Below, piece by piece: positions 19,680 through 28,327 of a DNA stretch of 64,000 bases. The notes under the pieces were generated by a model. The model was given only the letters and a program-made list of their open reading frames with translations, was not told the origin of the DNA and ran no database searches. Every line of letters begins with the position of its first letter. The first letter of the stretch is position 1. A program made the position numbers and the translations under genes. This DNA is from a virus (Duplodnaviria > Caudoviricetes), in the IMG/VR virus record IMGVR_UViG_3300042904_000368, positions 804-64,803 of that record, one strand, 5' to 3'.

Positions 19680-19922
19680 TCATTTTGATATCCACTCGGT
19701 GCAGCCAAACGTGGAAAGCGTCACAAGCACCGCCACCTTTCCAGCATCGACCACGAGAGCCGCTTGCCTGCCGTTTATTGGCAGACCGCTCTGCGCTTCG
19801 GTCTGCGGCGGGTAATCAACCGCGACTGCGAAGAGGACGCACGGCCCATGATCCCGCGACGGATACGGCACCCAGAACTGACAAGTCGCGCAACGCCCTG
19901 TTTGTTTCTCGTCTCCAGCCAT
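19680..19922 (-). CDS. Cys-rich small protein
   Basis: RCATCQFW...GPC...TFGCTEW. Confidence 0.6.
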   Translation of the reverse strand: MAGDEKQTGRCATCQFWVPYPSRDHGPCVLFAVAVDYPPQTEAQSGLPINGRQAALVVDAGKVAVLVTLSTFGCTEWISK

Positions 19923-20125
19923 TCAGCAACCTCGACGGGGAAGATAACGTTCCGCCCGCCCGCTCTCGGCAGTTCCTTTGCGTCTCACCCAAGAACATTC
20001 TATTTTTGCCTAGCAGAGAGCCGCAGGGCTTGGCTGCACCAGCACGCCAATCGCGCCAACACCCCGCTTGCGACCCTCTACCCCCAGCCAGGAAACACTT
20101 CATAGGACCTGGGCTGGGAAAGAAA

Positions 20126-21211
20126 TCAGTTGCCGGTCCCTTTCCGCCTGCGCGGGGAGCGGAAGGGTGGGCGGCGCTTCGCTGGCTTCTGGTCGTCTCT
20201 GGGCTTCTGCTTCCCCTTCCGCTCCCCAGACAGCCGCTCCCCCATCTCGTCCATGGCCCGTTCCATCGCGCCGTAATCGGTGTGAACGTATTTCCAGGTG
20301 GTCGCGATGTTAGCGTGGCCGAGGATCTGCCGCACCGTCTCCGGGTCTACGCCCATCCGCAAAAGAAACGTCGCGCAGCCGTGGCGCAGGGCGTGCGGGC
20401 GGATGTGTTCAGCGGACAGGCCCGCCGCTTCCACCACTTGCGCCAGCGCGGAGTAGAGGGCGTAGTCCCCCATCGAATGACAGGCCCGGTCAATCATCAG
20501 CGCGGGGGTTTCGCGCTTGAACCGCTTGCACCGGGCGTCACGGATTTTGATCCACGCCTCGAACTTCTCGCGGCAGAAGGCTGGCACAGGAATGGTTCGG
20601 GTTTCATTCCCCTTAGAGGCGCGGATGCGGAGGTGCGCCCCCTTGGCGGTGCGGATGTAATCCGCCTTCCGCAGGGTGATGATGTCCTTGCGTCGCAAGC
20701 CCAGCGCCAGGCCCAGAGTAATCACCATCTCGGCCCGCCAGCGCAGATAGTTGCGGTATTCGGCGTTATCCACACCGGCCCCGACCTTCGCCGCCGCCCT
20801 CACCAGCTTTAGGGCCTGCTCGCCGTTGACCCAGGAAACCCGCTCCTTGTCGAGGCGCGGCTGGTTTACTTCCTTGATCGGCGGCAGGTCGCGGTAGCCG
20901 TGCGACGAAGCGTACAGCCAGAACGACGCGAGAGCCGCGAAGTGCAGCCGAATCGTGCGCGGGCGGCACCCTTCCCCTTCACGCCCCATCCTCTCTAGTT
21001 GGAGGTAGTCTTTGTAATCTTGCAGTAGGCGCAGGTTCAGCGGCTTTTCTCCGCGCCAGATGACAAATGAGTTGATACGTTGCCGGTAGGCGGCAATGGT
21101 TAGCGGAGAGCGGTCCAGCGAGTGCAAATGGGCCAGATACGCTGGCATCAATTCTTTCATTCGTTGCTCCGTCATCTTTGAGGAAGGGTCGAGGTGCTCT
21201 TGTTCTTCCAT
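20126..21211 (-). CDS. int: Tyrosine recombinase / integrase (XerC/D-like)
   Basis: N-terminal SAM-like domain; catalytic R (GLRR), K (SKG), HxxR (HALRH), H (LGH), Y (TWKY). Confidence 0.95.
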   Translation of the reverse strand: MEEQEHLDPSSKMTEQRMKELMPAYLAHLHSLDRSPLTIAAYRQRINSFVIWRGEKPLNLRLLQDYKDYLQLERMGREGEGCRPRTIRLHFAALASFWLYASSHGYRDLPPIKEVNQPRLDKERVSWVNGEQALKLVRAAAKVGAGVDNAEYRNYLRWRAEMVITLGLALGLRRKDIITLRKADYIRTAKGAHLRIRASKGNETRTIPVPAFCREKFEAWIKIRDARCKRFKRETPALMIDRACHSMGDYALYSALAQVVEAAGLSAEHIRPHALRHGCATFLLRMGVDPETVRQILGHANIATTWKYVHTDYGAMERAMDEMGERLSGERKGKQKPRDDQKPAKRRPPFRSPRRRKGTGN

Positions 21212-21230
21212 AAGATACGGGTCTTTTCAA

Positions 21231-21416
21231 TCATCCAAAGAGAGGAGCTTCATCTTCTTCTACTCGCACAGATACTAGGTTTTTTCCTAGCCGTCCTGGC
21301 TTCCCATCGCTCGATAACGGCGCGTTCTTGAGCACGTGGCCTGCCGGAAGATCAACGTGAATCGTTGGCTGCTGGGAAACAACAGCCGTTTTTCCGAGTT
21401 TCCTCGGATGATCCAT
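21231..21416 (-). CDS. Small hypothetical protein between repressor and integrase
   Basis: Co-oriented ORF. Confidence 0.4.
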   Translation of the reverse strand: MDHPRKLGKTAVVSQQPTIHVDLPAGHVLKNAPLSSDGKPGRLGKNLVSVRVEEDEAPLFG

Positions 21417-21486
21417 TCATCTTTCGGTGGTTTCTGTGGGGAATGCCGTTCTTCGGAGGCCCCGACCTGGGCCTGCGCCAGATAGG

Positions 21487-21795
21487 TTACACCTGGGCGG
21501 CGACTGGCCTCGCGCCAACCGACCAGGCGTGCATCACACCCACGTAAGCAAACTCCTTTGCTCCGAGGTGTAGCAGCTCGTCAGCGAGGAGCTTTCGTTC
21601 TTCCTGGTCGTTCTCCAGTGCCTTGACCAGTTCCACGATATGCTCCGCGTAGGGCACCGCCCCACGCATCATATTCCTTACCGTCTGATGTGAAATCGCG
21701 CCGTCGCTCATCCGCTGAACGTCATTCGGTCCTAGTTGACGTTCCCGGAGAAGCCCGGTCACTCTCTCCCCGAAGCGGTCGTTATAGACTGCCAT
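21487..21795 (-). CDS. CI-like XRE HTH repressor
   Basis: GGAGG RBS; FGERV..LL.ERQL...ISHQTVRNMMRG..P; divergent from the Cro-like gene. Confidence 0.75.
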   Translation of the reverse strand: MAVYNDRFGERVTGLLRERQLGPNDVQRMSDGAISHQTVRNMMRGAVPYAEHIVELVKALENDQEERKLLADELLHLGAKEFAYVGVMHAWSVGARPVAAQV

Positions 21796-21819
21796 CGGCC
21801 ACCTCCTTGCTTGCATGCT

Positions 21820-21980
21820 AGCACACTAGCACACTGATAACAACAATGTTGTTGCCGCGTATCTATATCCCCTCTCATCGCAGAAGTAAACGACCGTATA
21901 AGGCGGAACCGTAAAAAATCTTGTTGACGCCTCTCCCGATCTTCGATACAACAGAGGTGTAAACATTCTTGTTGCTTATG
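21820..21980. promoter_or_regulatory. Lysis/lysogeny switch region
   Basis: AT-rich; TTGACG-17-TACAAC at 21924-21952; repeated (A/C)A(A/T)T(C/G)TTGTTG operator-like motifs. Confidence 0.6.
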
Positions 21981-21990
21981 CGGAGGACGG

Positions 21991-22206
21991 ATGAACCACG
22001 AAGCACTGATCGAAGCGGGGGAGCGAGGGCGTGTCCGCAAGGGCGACCTGGCGAACCGTCTGAGCGTGGATCGCGTCACCCTCTGGAAGTACGAGAACAG
22101 GCCGCAGACTGCTCCTGAAGGCTTTTGGGAGCGATACGCGGCGGCAGTAGATGCCCTGACGGCAGAACAGCGCGAAGCGGCACGGGCCGCCCTCGCAACC
22201 GCCTAA
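21991..22206 (+). CDS. Cro-like HTH protein
   Basis: KGDLANRLSVDRVTLWKYEN; GGAGG RBS. Confidence 0.75.
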   Translation: MNHEALIEAGERGRVRKGDLANRLSVDRVTLWKYENRPQTAPEGFWERYAAAVDALTAEQREAARAALATA

Positions 22207-22274
22207 ACGCAAAGAAGCCCCCACCGGCCAGGGCGAGGGCTTCAGCAAGATCACGAGATGGAGTAAGCATCCCA

Positions 22275-22889
22275 ATGACTACCCAGAGTTTACCACAACC
22301 ACCAGCAGACAGTCTCCCCTACGCCCCCACCAACACCCCGGCCCTGCGGCTGACGGAGAGCGACGCGGAATATACGACGCAGCCCCGACCCGCCGCCATT
22401 CCGCACTACGGGAAATCGTTCCTCACGCCCCTTCAGGCGGCGGAACACGCGGAGTTTGTCGTGCAGTGCGTGCGGTTCCATCCCTGCCCAGACTGCGACG
22501 GCGGCAAGCACACGCTCAGCCGCTGCCGCCGCTGCCAGGGCCGCGCGTTCTACCTGCCTACCGCCGTAGCCCGCAAGTGGGGCCTAGAGGCCTTCCTGCT
22601 AACCACTGAAGCAGAGCGCATTCGCCAGGCGGAGGAGATCGAAGGCTTCTTCCTCGCCGGAACATGGTCCACGCCAGAAGTTCCCGAAGCGGATGTGCTG
22701 GCAGTAGCCGCCGAGGTGACGGAGCGGGCCACCTACGAGGAAGACCCCAACTCCTACCCCGCCCTGAAAGCGGCAGGACGTCTCGAAAGATACCCCCACA
22801 TCATCCCCACCTCCGACGCCACCCACGACGAGCGCGAGATTGAGGCCACCGAGCAGGCGTGGGCGCGGGAAGCGGGAGGGGTGGCATGA
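22275..22889 (+). CDS. Zn-finger hypothetical protein
   Basis: CPDCDG...CRRCQG. Confidence 0.6.
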   Translation: MTTQSLPQPPADSLPYAPTNTPALRLTESDAEYTTQPRPAAIPHYGKSFLTPLQAAEHAEFVVQCVRFHPCPDCDGGKHTLSRCRRCQGRAFYLPTAVARKWGLEAFLLTTEAERIRQAEEIEGFFLAGTWSTPEVPEADVLAVAAEVTERATYEEDPNSYPALKAAGRLERYPHIIPTSDATHDEREIEATEQAWAREAGGVA

Positions 22890-23716
22890 AAATCCCCTCT
22901 CCCGTTCTGGATGTCCTCCGCCACTCCACCGTGACGGATACCGTTCTCCTGCTCCCGCCGCAACAACTAGACCGGAAACTGTACGAGCAGGTCAACAAGG
23001 CCCTGGCCGCGATGGGCGGCAAGTGGAGCCGTTCAGCGAAGGGGCATACCTTCGAGTTCGACCCCGGCGACGTGCTGGCGGAAGTAGTAGCGACCGGGGA
23101 AGTGCTGGACTGGAAGAAGCAGGCGCAGTTCTTCGAGACGCCTGCGGAAGTGGCTGGAAGCTTGGTTCTTCAGGCTGACCTGGCCGGAGCGAAGGACCTT
23201 CGCATTCTGGAGCCTTCAGCGGGGCGCGGAGCAATTGCCGCCCGCATAGTCTCCGCGATGGACCCTTCCTGCACGCTGCATCTGCTGGAAAAGGAAGACC
23301 GGAACCGGGAAGCCCTGCACCAGTGGGCGGCAAAGCAGCGTGGCGTGGATATCGCCTTCGTGAACCCGCCAGGACACGACTTCCTGCAACTCGCGGGCAA
23401 CACCCCTTACGACCGGATCATCGCCAATCCGCCTTTCAGCAGGCGGCAAGATGCCAGGCACGTTCTGCACATGTGGGAATGCCTGGCTCCCGGTGGCGTG
23501 CTGGCTTCCGCGATGTCGCCCGGTGTGGAGTTCCGTCAGGAGCGCGAATACCACGCCGTTCGCGGCTTGATCGACGGCTACGGGACTTGGGAACGGCTGC
23601 CTGCCGGGTCGTTTAAGGCCAGTGGCACGGAAGTCAGCACCGGCATCGTGCGCCTTGCCAAGCCCATCACCCACGACGCGCTGGGAGCGGAGCGGGATTG
23701 CGGGGTGCAGGGATGA
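22886..23716 (+). CDS. SAM-dependent DNA (adenine-N6) methyltransferase
   Basis: QFFETP, ILEPSAGRG (motif I), IANPPF (motif IV), FKASGT. Confidence 0.9.
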   Translation: MKIPSPVLDVLRHSTVTDTVLLLPPQQLDRKLYEQVNKALAAMGGKWSRSAKGHTFEFDPGDVLAEVVATGEVLDWKKQAQFFETPAEVAGSLVLQADLAGAKDLRILEPSAGRGAIAARIVSAMDPSCTLHLLEKEDRNREALHQWAAKQRGVDIAFVNPPGHDFLQLAGNTPYDRIIANPPFSRRQDARHVLHMWECLAPGGVLASAMSPGVEFRQEREYHAVRGLIDGYGTWERLPAGSFKASGTEVSTGIVRLAKPITHDALGAERDCGVQG

Positions 23717-24792
23717 AAATTGAAGATTGCCGCCCCGAAGTACAGGCGTTCGCCATTCTCATCGAGCAACGCCTACGCGCCACACGCACCAACCAGACCG
23801 CTGAACCTCACGTGCTGTTCGAGCGGCTAGAAACGGCGGTTTGGGACTTGCAGCCCCACGCCACGCTGCGGCCGCGTGGATACATCAACCCATCCGTAAT
23901 CGCGGATCGGGCCGGGGATGCAGGCCGTAGGTTGCTCCTTCTCGCGAAAGAATGTGGGGCACTTCCAGCAGCCAGCAACCCCACCCCAGAAAGCGGGGTG
24001 CAGGATGGCGCTTAACGAGAACGCTGAACTTCAGGCCGCCTTGGACAGTCTCGGCGTAGCGACGGATGCCGCGCTGCAACTCGTGACCGATGATGGCGGG
24101 TTAGCAGCGGACGAGAAGGAGCGACTGCGGGATGTGCTGCTGCCACACGCCACTTCGCAGCCCACCGTGACGCCGGAGCAGGTGGCGCGGATTAAGGAGG
24201 TGGTGCTGCACTCCCGCTTCCGCGCGCTCTCCGCCAAGGACCTTACCGCTCTCGCCGCCTTCGTGGCGGATTGGGAGCGCAGGGGGGAGGCGCGGGACCT
24301 GCTTGCTGATTATCGTGTGAGTCACCAGACGGCGGCACGAATCGGCTACTTCGAGCTAGAGGACTGCGGCTGCGAGTTGTGCGAGCGAGCCGATTCTCTT
24401 CTTCGCGCCGCCACCCTTCATCCCGCCCTCACCGGCCCGGAGAGCCAGGGGGTGCGGGAGCCATGAGCGCGATACTTGCACCCCTGCGCGGCAAGACGGG
24501 CAAGCCGAGCACGGGCCTAACCGTTGAAGACCCGATCACCCCGGAGAACAAGCGCACCGTCGCGCTGGACCGCGCTTTCCGCACGCTACACGCTCCAGCG
24601 CCCGACGAGTACTGCTTGCTACTCTGCCGCACACCCCTGGAATTGATTGGCCTGGAAGAACTATCTGGCCTGTTCCTGGGCCTGTCCAAACTCGCAGCAA
24701 TGGGCCGCGTGGTGCGGGAAACAACGCTCTGGCAGCTTGCTGTTCGGCAATTGGATGACGTGATTTCTTCCACGGAAGGAGCCTTGGCATGA
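23713..24792 (+). other. Three hypothetical ORFs (23713-24015, 24005-24466, 24463-24792)
   Basis: Coupled starts and stops. Confidence 0.6.
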
Positions 24793-24926
24793 AAACGATG
24801 AGCCGCTTGGCTGAACGCCTGCTCGACTTCGCCGAAACCCGAATGCCTATCCCGACCGTGGCGGGCTGGGTGCTGATCGTAAGCGCGACGTGCTGCATCG
24901 CGGCCTATTGGATGGGCATCCGCTGA
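24789..24926 (+). CDS. 45-aa single-TM protein (not in ORF track)
   Basis: MKTMSRLAERLLDFAETRMPIPTVAGWVLIVSATCCIAAYWMGIR, coupled at both ends. Confidence 0.55.
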   Translation: MKTMSRLAERLLDFAETRMPIPTVAGWVLIVSATCCIAAYWMGIR

Positions 24927-25285
24927 TGAAACTGCTTGCAATTATCGGCTTCACCCTGGCTCTCTGCGTTCCCGCTATGGCGGCGCGGAAACGGCAAATG
25001 GTGGTCACGATTTACTGTCTTTCCTGCGCCCGGTGCGGCACCACTGGCGTTACTGCTAGCGGGTCGAGAAAGTGCGGGGTTGCGGTATCTCGTTCTAGCA
25101 AGATACCGCTCGGATCCTGGCTGTTCATTGACGGGTATGGCGTGCGGCGGGCGAATGACTACCTGCCAAAAGGAACCGCCGCCAATCGGCTTGATATCTG
25201 CCACAGCGGATGGCGGGCGCACGAGCGCGGCGTGAAATTCGGAAAACAAAAACGCTGGGTGCGAGTGGAGAAGGCCGGGAAGTAA
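24926..25285 (+). CDS. Secreted 3D-domain (MltA-like) protein
   Basis: Signal peptide; GVTASG, VAV, IPLGS.LFIDGYG.RRAND, RLDI, FGKQ. Confidence 0.8.
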   Translation: MKLLAIIGFTLALCVPAMAARKRQMVVTIYCLSCARCGTTGVTASGSRKCGVAVSRSSKIPLGSWLFIDGYGVRRANDYLPKGTAANRLDICHSGWRAHERGVKFGKQKRWVRVEKAGK

Positions 25286-25382
25286 TGAAGCTAGACCTAC
25301 TCACACAAATCGCGGATGCGCTCTGGAACGTGCTGATTACTCTCGCCGTAGCCGGTCGCATTGGCGATGGAGATTACCGCTA

Positions 25383-25628
25383 ATGGCTGACTTCACGGCG
25401 GTTCGTTCCCACATAGCCCGCAAGAAACATCGCTGTAATTGGTGCGGACAGTTGGTGGTCCCTGGCGAGAATTACGCCCGCTACCGGAGCTTTGAAGACG
25501 GAGAAGCCTACACCGTAAAAATGCATTCGGAGTGTCACGACGCAAGCGGGGAATTGCCAGCGGGAGATAGCTACTGTCCGCACGAGATGAAGCGCGGAAG
25601 CATTGAAGACCCGCACGCCAACCCTTAA
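25383..25628 (+). CDS. Zn-binding phage protein
   Basis: ARKKHRCNWC...PGENY...MHSEC. Confidence 0.7.
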   Translation: MADFTAVRSHIARKKHRCNWCGQLVVPGENYARYRSFEDGEAYTVKMHSECHDASGELPAGDSYCPHEMKRGSIEDPHANP

Positions 25629-25671
25629 CCCAACCCCGGCCCGCTGCCGCCGGGTGGGGCGGGAGAGAGAA

Positions 25672-25711
25672 GGACGATTGGTATTACCGAGGTTCGATTC
25701 CTCGGCGTCCA
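25672..25711 (+). ncRNA. tRNA-minihelix-like element (acceptor-like stem plus T-arm)
   Basis: GGACG/CGTCC stem stacked on CCGAGG-TTCGATT-CCTCGG. Confidence 0.45.
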
Positions 25712-25777
25712 TTCCCGCAATTAGCGGGAGTTACCAGAGCCAGCGAGTAAACTCGGCGGCTACGGAGATGAAACGAA

Positions 25778-26281
25778 ATGGCGGCAGGATTTGGGGCAAA
25801 CTTCGCGCTCCCCGCAGGGGATTACGTTGCGCAAATCGTGGACGTGACCACGGTGGAATTCGACAGCCGGAAGAATCCCGGAAAGAAAGACGTGAAGTGG
25901 AAGTGGATCATCGACGTGAAGGCACGCGGCTCGCAAGAGTGGCAGCGGTCGGACATCCTCACTGGGCAACGGTTCCTGCCGAAAGAGCAGATCAAAAGCC
26001 CGCAGTTCATCCCCGCTCTGCACCATCTTTCAAAGGCGTTGGGAGTGCCTGTACCCACTACGGCTGCGCAAGCAATGGCGTGGGATGAACAGGACCAGAT
26101 CGGGAAGCAGTTTCGGATGCGCATCACCCTCAACGAAGACACCGAGCAGTTGGAGACACAGTATCTGCCGATGCCAAGCGCACAGGCTACGGCCGTTGCC
26201 GAGAGCGCCGCTGCTCCGCCCCCACCGCCAGTTTCTGCGCCCGCAGCAGTCGCGGGTGATGATGACCTCTGGAAAGAATAG
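25778..26281 (+). CDS. Putative ssDNA-binding protein (OB-fold, DUF669-like)
   Basis: LPAGDYVAQIVDV N-terminus, Pro/Ala linker, acidic DDDLW tail; directly upstream of the primase. Confidence 0.6.
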   Translation: MAAGFGANFALPAGDYVAQIVDVTTVEFDSRKNPGKKDVKWKWIIDVKARGSQEWQRSDILTGQRFLPKEQIKSPQFIPALHHLSKALGVPVPTTAAQAMAWDEQDQIGKQFRMRITLNEDTEQLETQYLPMPSAQATAVAESAAAPPPPPVSAPAAVAGDDDLWKE

Positions 26282-26334
26282 CGGCTTCCGGGGAGGTGGA
26301 AAAACCACCTCCCCATTTACCCCCATACCTACCA

Positions 26335-28248
26335 ATGCCTTCTCTTACCCCTAACCTGGAAATCATACGGCGCACTCTGGAGCTAACAATGGCTCCGGGC
26401 GACGTGGCGGAACTACGGATTATCGGCACCCACCAGGGAACGGTGGCGGGATATTTCACGGACTGGAATAGTCTGGCAAAGGCAGCGGAACTTTGGGCGG
26501 ATAAAGCTCCGGCCGTTTATTACACGCCTAACCCGGTACTTCCAGACCTTCTGGCGCGTGCGAACAACCGAGTGAAAGAACGGGTACGGGCTACGGCTAA
26601 AGACGAAGAGATTCAGCGGCGAGCCTGGCTTTTGGCTGATTTTGATCCAGCACGCCCAGCCGATATTTCCTCTTCGAACGTAGAGCATGAGGCAGCAATC
26701 GCCACCGCTTGGGAGTGCGCTAAGTATCTGGTGAGCCTGGGGCTACCACAACCGTTAGTCGGCGACTCTGGAAACGGGGCGCATGTAATGTTGCGGGTTG
26801 ACCTGCCGAATGATGCGGACGCCACGCGGCTCCATCAGGCCTTTCTTATCCACCTATCCGAGCGGTTCCAAACCGATCAAATCTTGGTTGACCAGGCCAC
26901 CCACAACGCTGCCCGTATTTGGAAACTGTACGGAACCCTGGCCCGTAAAGGCGATTCGATTCCGGCGCGCCCGCATCGCCTCGCTCGTATCTTGCAAGAG
27001 CCGGATACACGAGTTTCCGAGACCGCACAACTCCTTTCCCTCTTCCCGTCCAAACCACTCCCCAAGCCCACCACAGCTCCAAGAAGTGCCCTCAACGGAC
27101 ACGCCGACCCTTCCACCCCTACTGGTGATTATTCAACGCTGGATGTGGTCGGTTGGTTCCGGTCAAAAGGCGCTTACGGCCGGGAATTAGACCCAGGCCA
27201 ACATGCGGTTGACTGCCCCTGGATCGGTGAACACTCGCAGACGAACGACGCGACTCATTCCGATACGGTGGTCTACGAAGCGCAAGGCGGGGCGTGGCCG
27301 CAGTTCAATTGCCTTCACTCCCACTGCACCGGCCGGAAGATCGCGGACGTGATTGCGCTCTGGGGGGACGCTGGTAAGTTTTGCGGGAGCGAGTGGAAGG
27401 GCGGTGAGAGTTGGGATGTAGTCGCGCTGCGTGGCGAGAGGCCAAAGCCAGCCACCACCCCGCCCGCGCTCACCGATCTTCACCAGCGAGCAGAAGATCT
27501 GGACGAGCAAACCCACACCCTTCTCGCGCAGTCTCGTCGCCCGAACCTGAGCGATATTCAGCCGCTCCGCATCGTCCTTACCGATCCGCCCACCTACTAC
27601 CCGACGATTAACGGCTATGAATTGGAGCTCTCCGCCCTCGACTTTCTGGAATGGCGACGGTTCAAAACCGCCTGCGTGAACCGGATGCAGTTCATGCCGA
27701 TCCTGCCCGAAGTCCCACGCGGGCGCGGACAGGAAAAGCTTGCCCCGCAGCAGGTGTGGGACCAGTTCATTTCGGTTGCGCTGTCTCACTGCACTCTGGA
27801 AGACGCGCCTTCCGATGCCGGGGCAGAGGGTGCTGCCTGGGAGAGCGTGCGCGCCTTCATCCACCGCGAGAACCGAGGCCGAACGGAAGCGGTGGATGTC
27901 GAGCGCGGACAACTCGCTACGATCAACGGCGCTTATCACTTCCGGGGACGACAACTCCGCAACTGGCTGGCACTCAACAGCCCTACTTCCCTGAAAGAAC
28001 ACGAGCTTTGGAAAGTGGTTCGCAAGCATGGCGGAACTCAGGCCGTCCTGAAGCCTTCTCGCAGCACCACCGTTCGCTGCTGGCGTATCCCGGAAGAAGC
28101 CTTGATTGAGACAGAAACGGTTACGCGGTTACATCCGGTTACGTCTGGAAGTGACCGCACATTTGAGCACGAAAAAGGGGCAGGTTACGCGGTTACGCCT
28201 CTTCCCTCACATGCGCCCGCGCGCGTAGATGCAGGCGTAACCGCGTAG
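26335..28248 (+). CDS. AEP-superfamily primase / replication initiator with Zn finger
   Basis: ADFD (motif I), DSGNGAH (motif II), VD...NAARIWKLYGT; CPW..EH...CLHSHC; no P-loop. Confidence 0.8.
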   Translation: MPSLTPNLEIIRRTLELTMAPGDVAELRIIGTHQGTVAGYFTDWNSLAKAAELWADKAPAVYYTPNPVLPDLLARANNRVKERVRATAKDEEIQRRAWLLADFDPARPADISSSNVEHEAAIATAWECAKYLVSLGLPQPLVGDSGNGAHVMLRVDLPNDADATRLHQAFLIHLSERFQTDQILVDQATHNAARIWKLYGTLARKGDSIPARPHRLARILQEPDTRVSETAQLLSLFPSKPLPKPTTAPRSALNGHADPSTPTGDYSTLDVVGWFRSKGAYGRELDPGQHAVDCPWIGEHSQTNDATHSDTVVYEAQGGAWPQFNCLHSHCTGRKIADVIALWGDAGKFCGSEWKGGESWDVVALRGERPKPATTPPALTDLHQRAEDLDEQTHTLLAQSRRPNLSDIQPLRIVLTDPPTYYPTINGYELELSALDFLEWRRFKTACVNRMQFMPILPEVPRGRGQEKLAPQQVWDQFISVALSHCTLEDAPSDAGAEGAAWESVRAFIHRENRGRTEAVDVERGQLATINGAYHFRGRQLRNWLALNSPTSLKEHELWKVVRKHGGTQAVLKPSRSTTVRCWRIPEEALIETETVTRLHPVTSGSDRTFEHEKGAGYAVTPLPSHAPARVDAGVTA

Positions 28249-28307
28249 ACGGGCGTGTATACGTGCGTAATTGTGCGGTCAGTCTCAAACGTAACCAGGT
28301 GTAACCG
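28118..28307. repeat. GGTTAC/GTAACC iteron cluster, putative replication origin
   Basis: Five forward copies (near 28118, 28126, 28136, 28182, 28190) and three inverted copies (28237, 28291, 28301). Confidence 0.7.
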
Positions 28308-28327
28308 CGTAGACGAGGAGCAAACGA

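Noticed and set aside
19670-20812. 380-aa plus-strand ORF, and similar long antisense ORFs such as 48008-49357
   Set aside because: Shadow frames of real genes on the opposite strand in GC-rich DNA.
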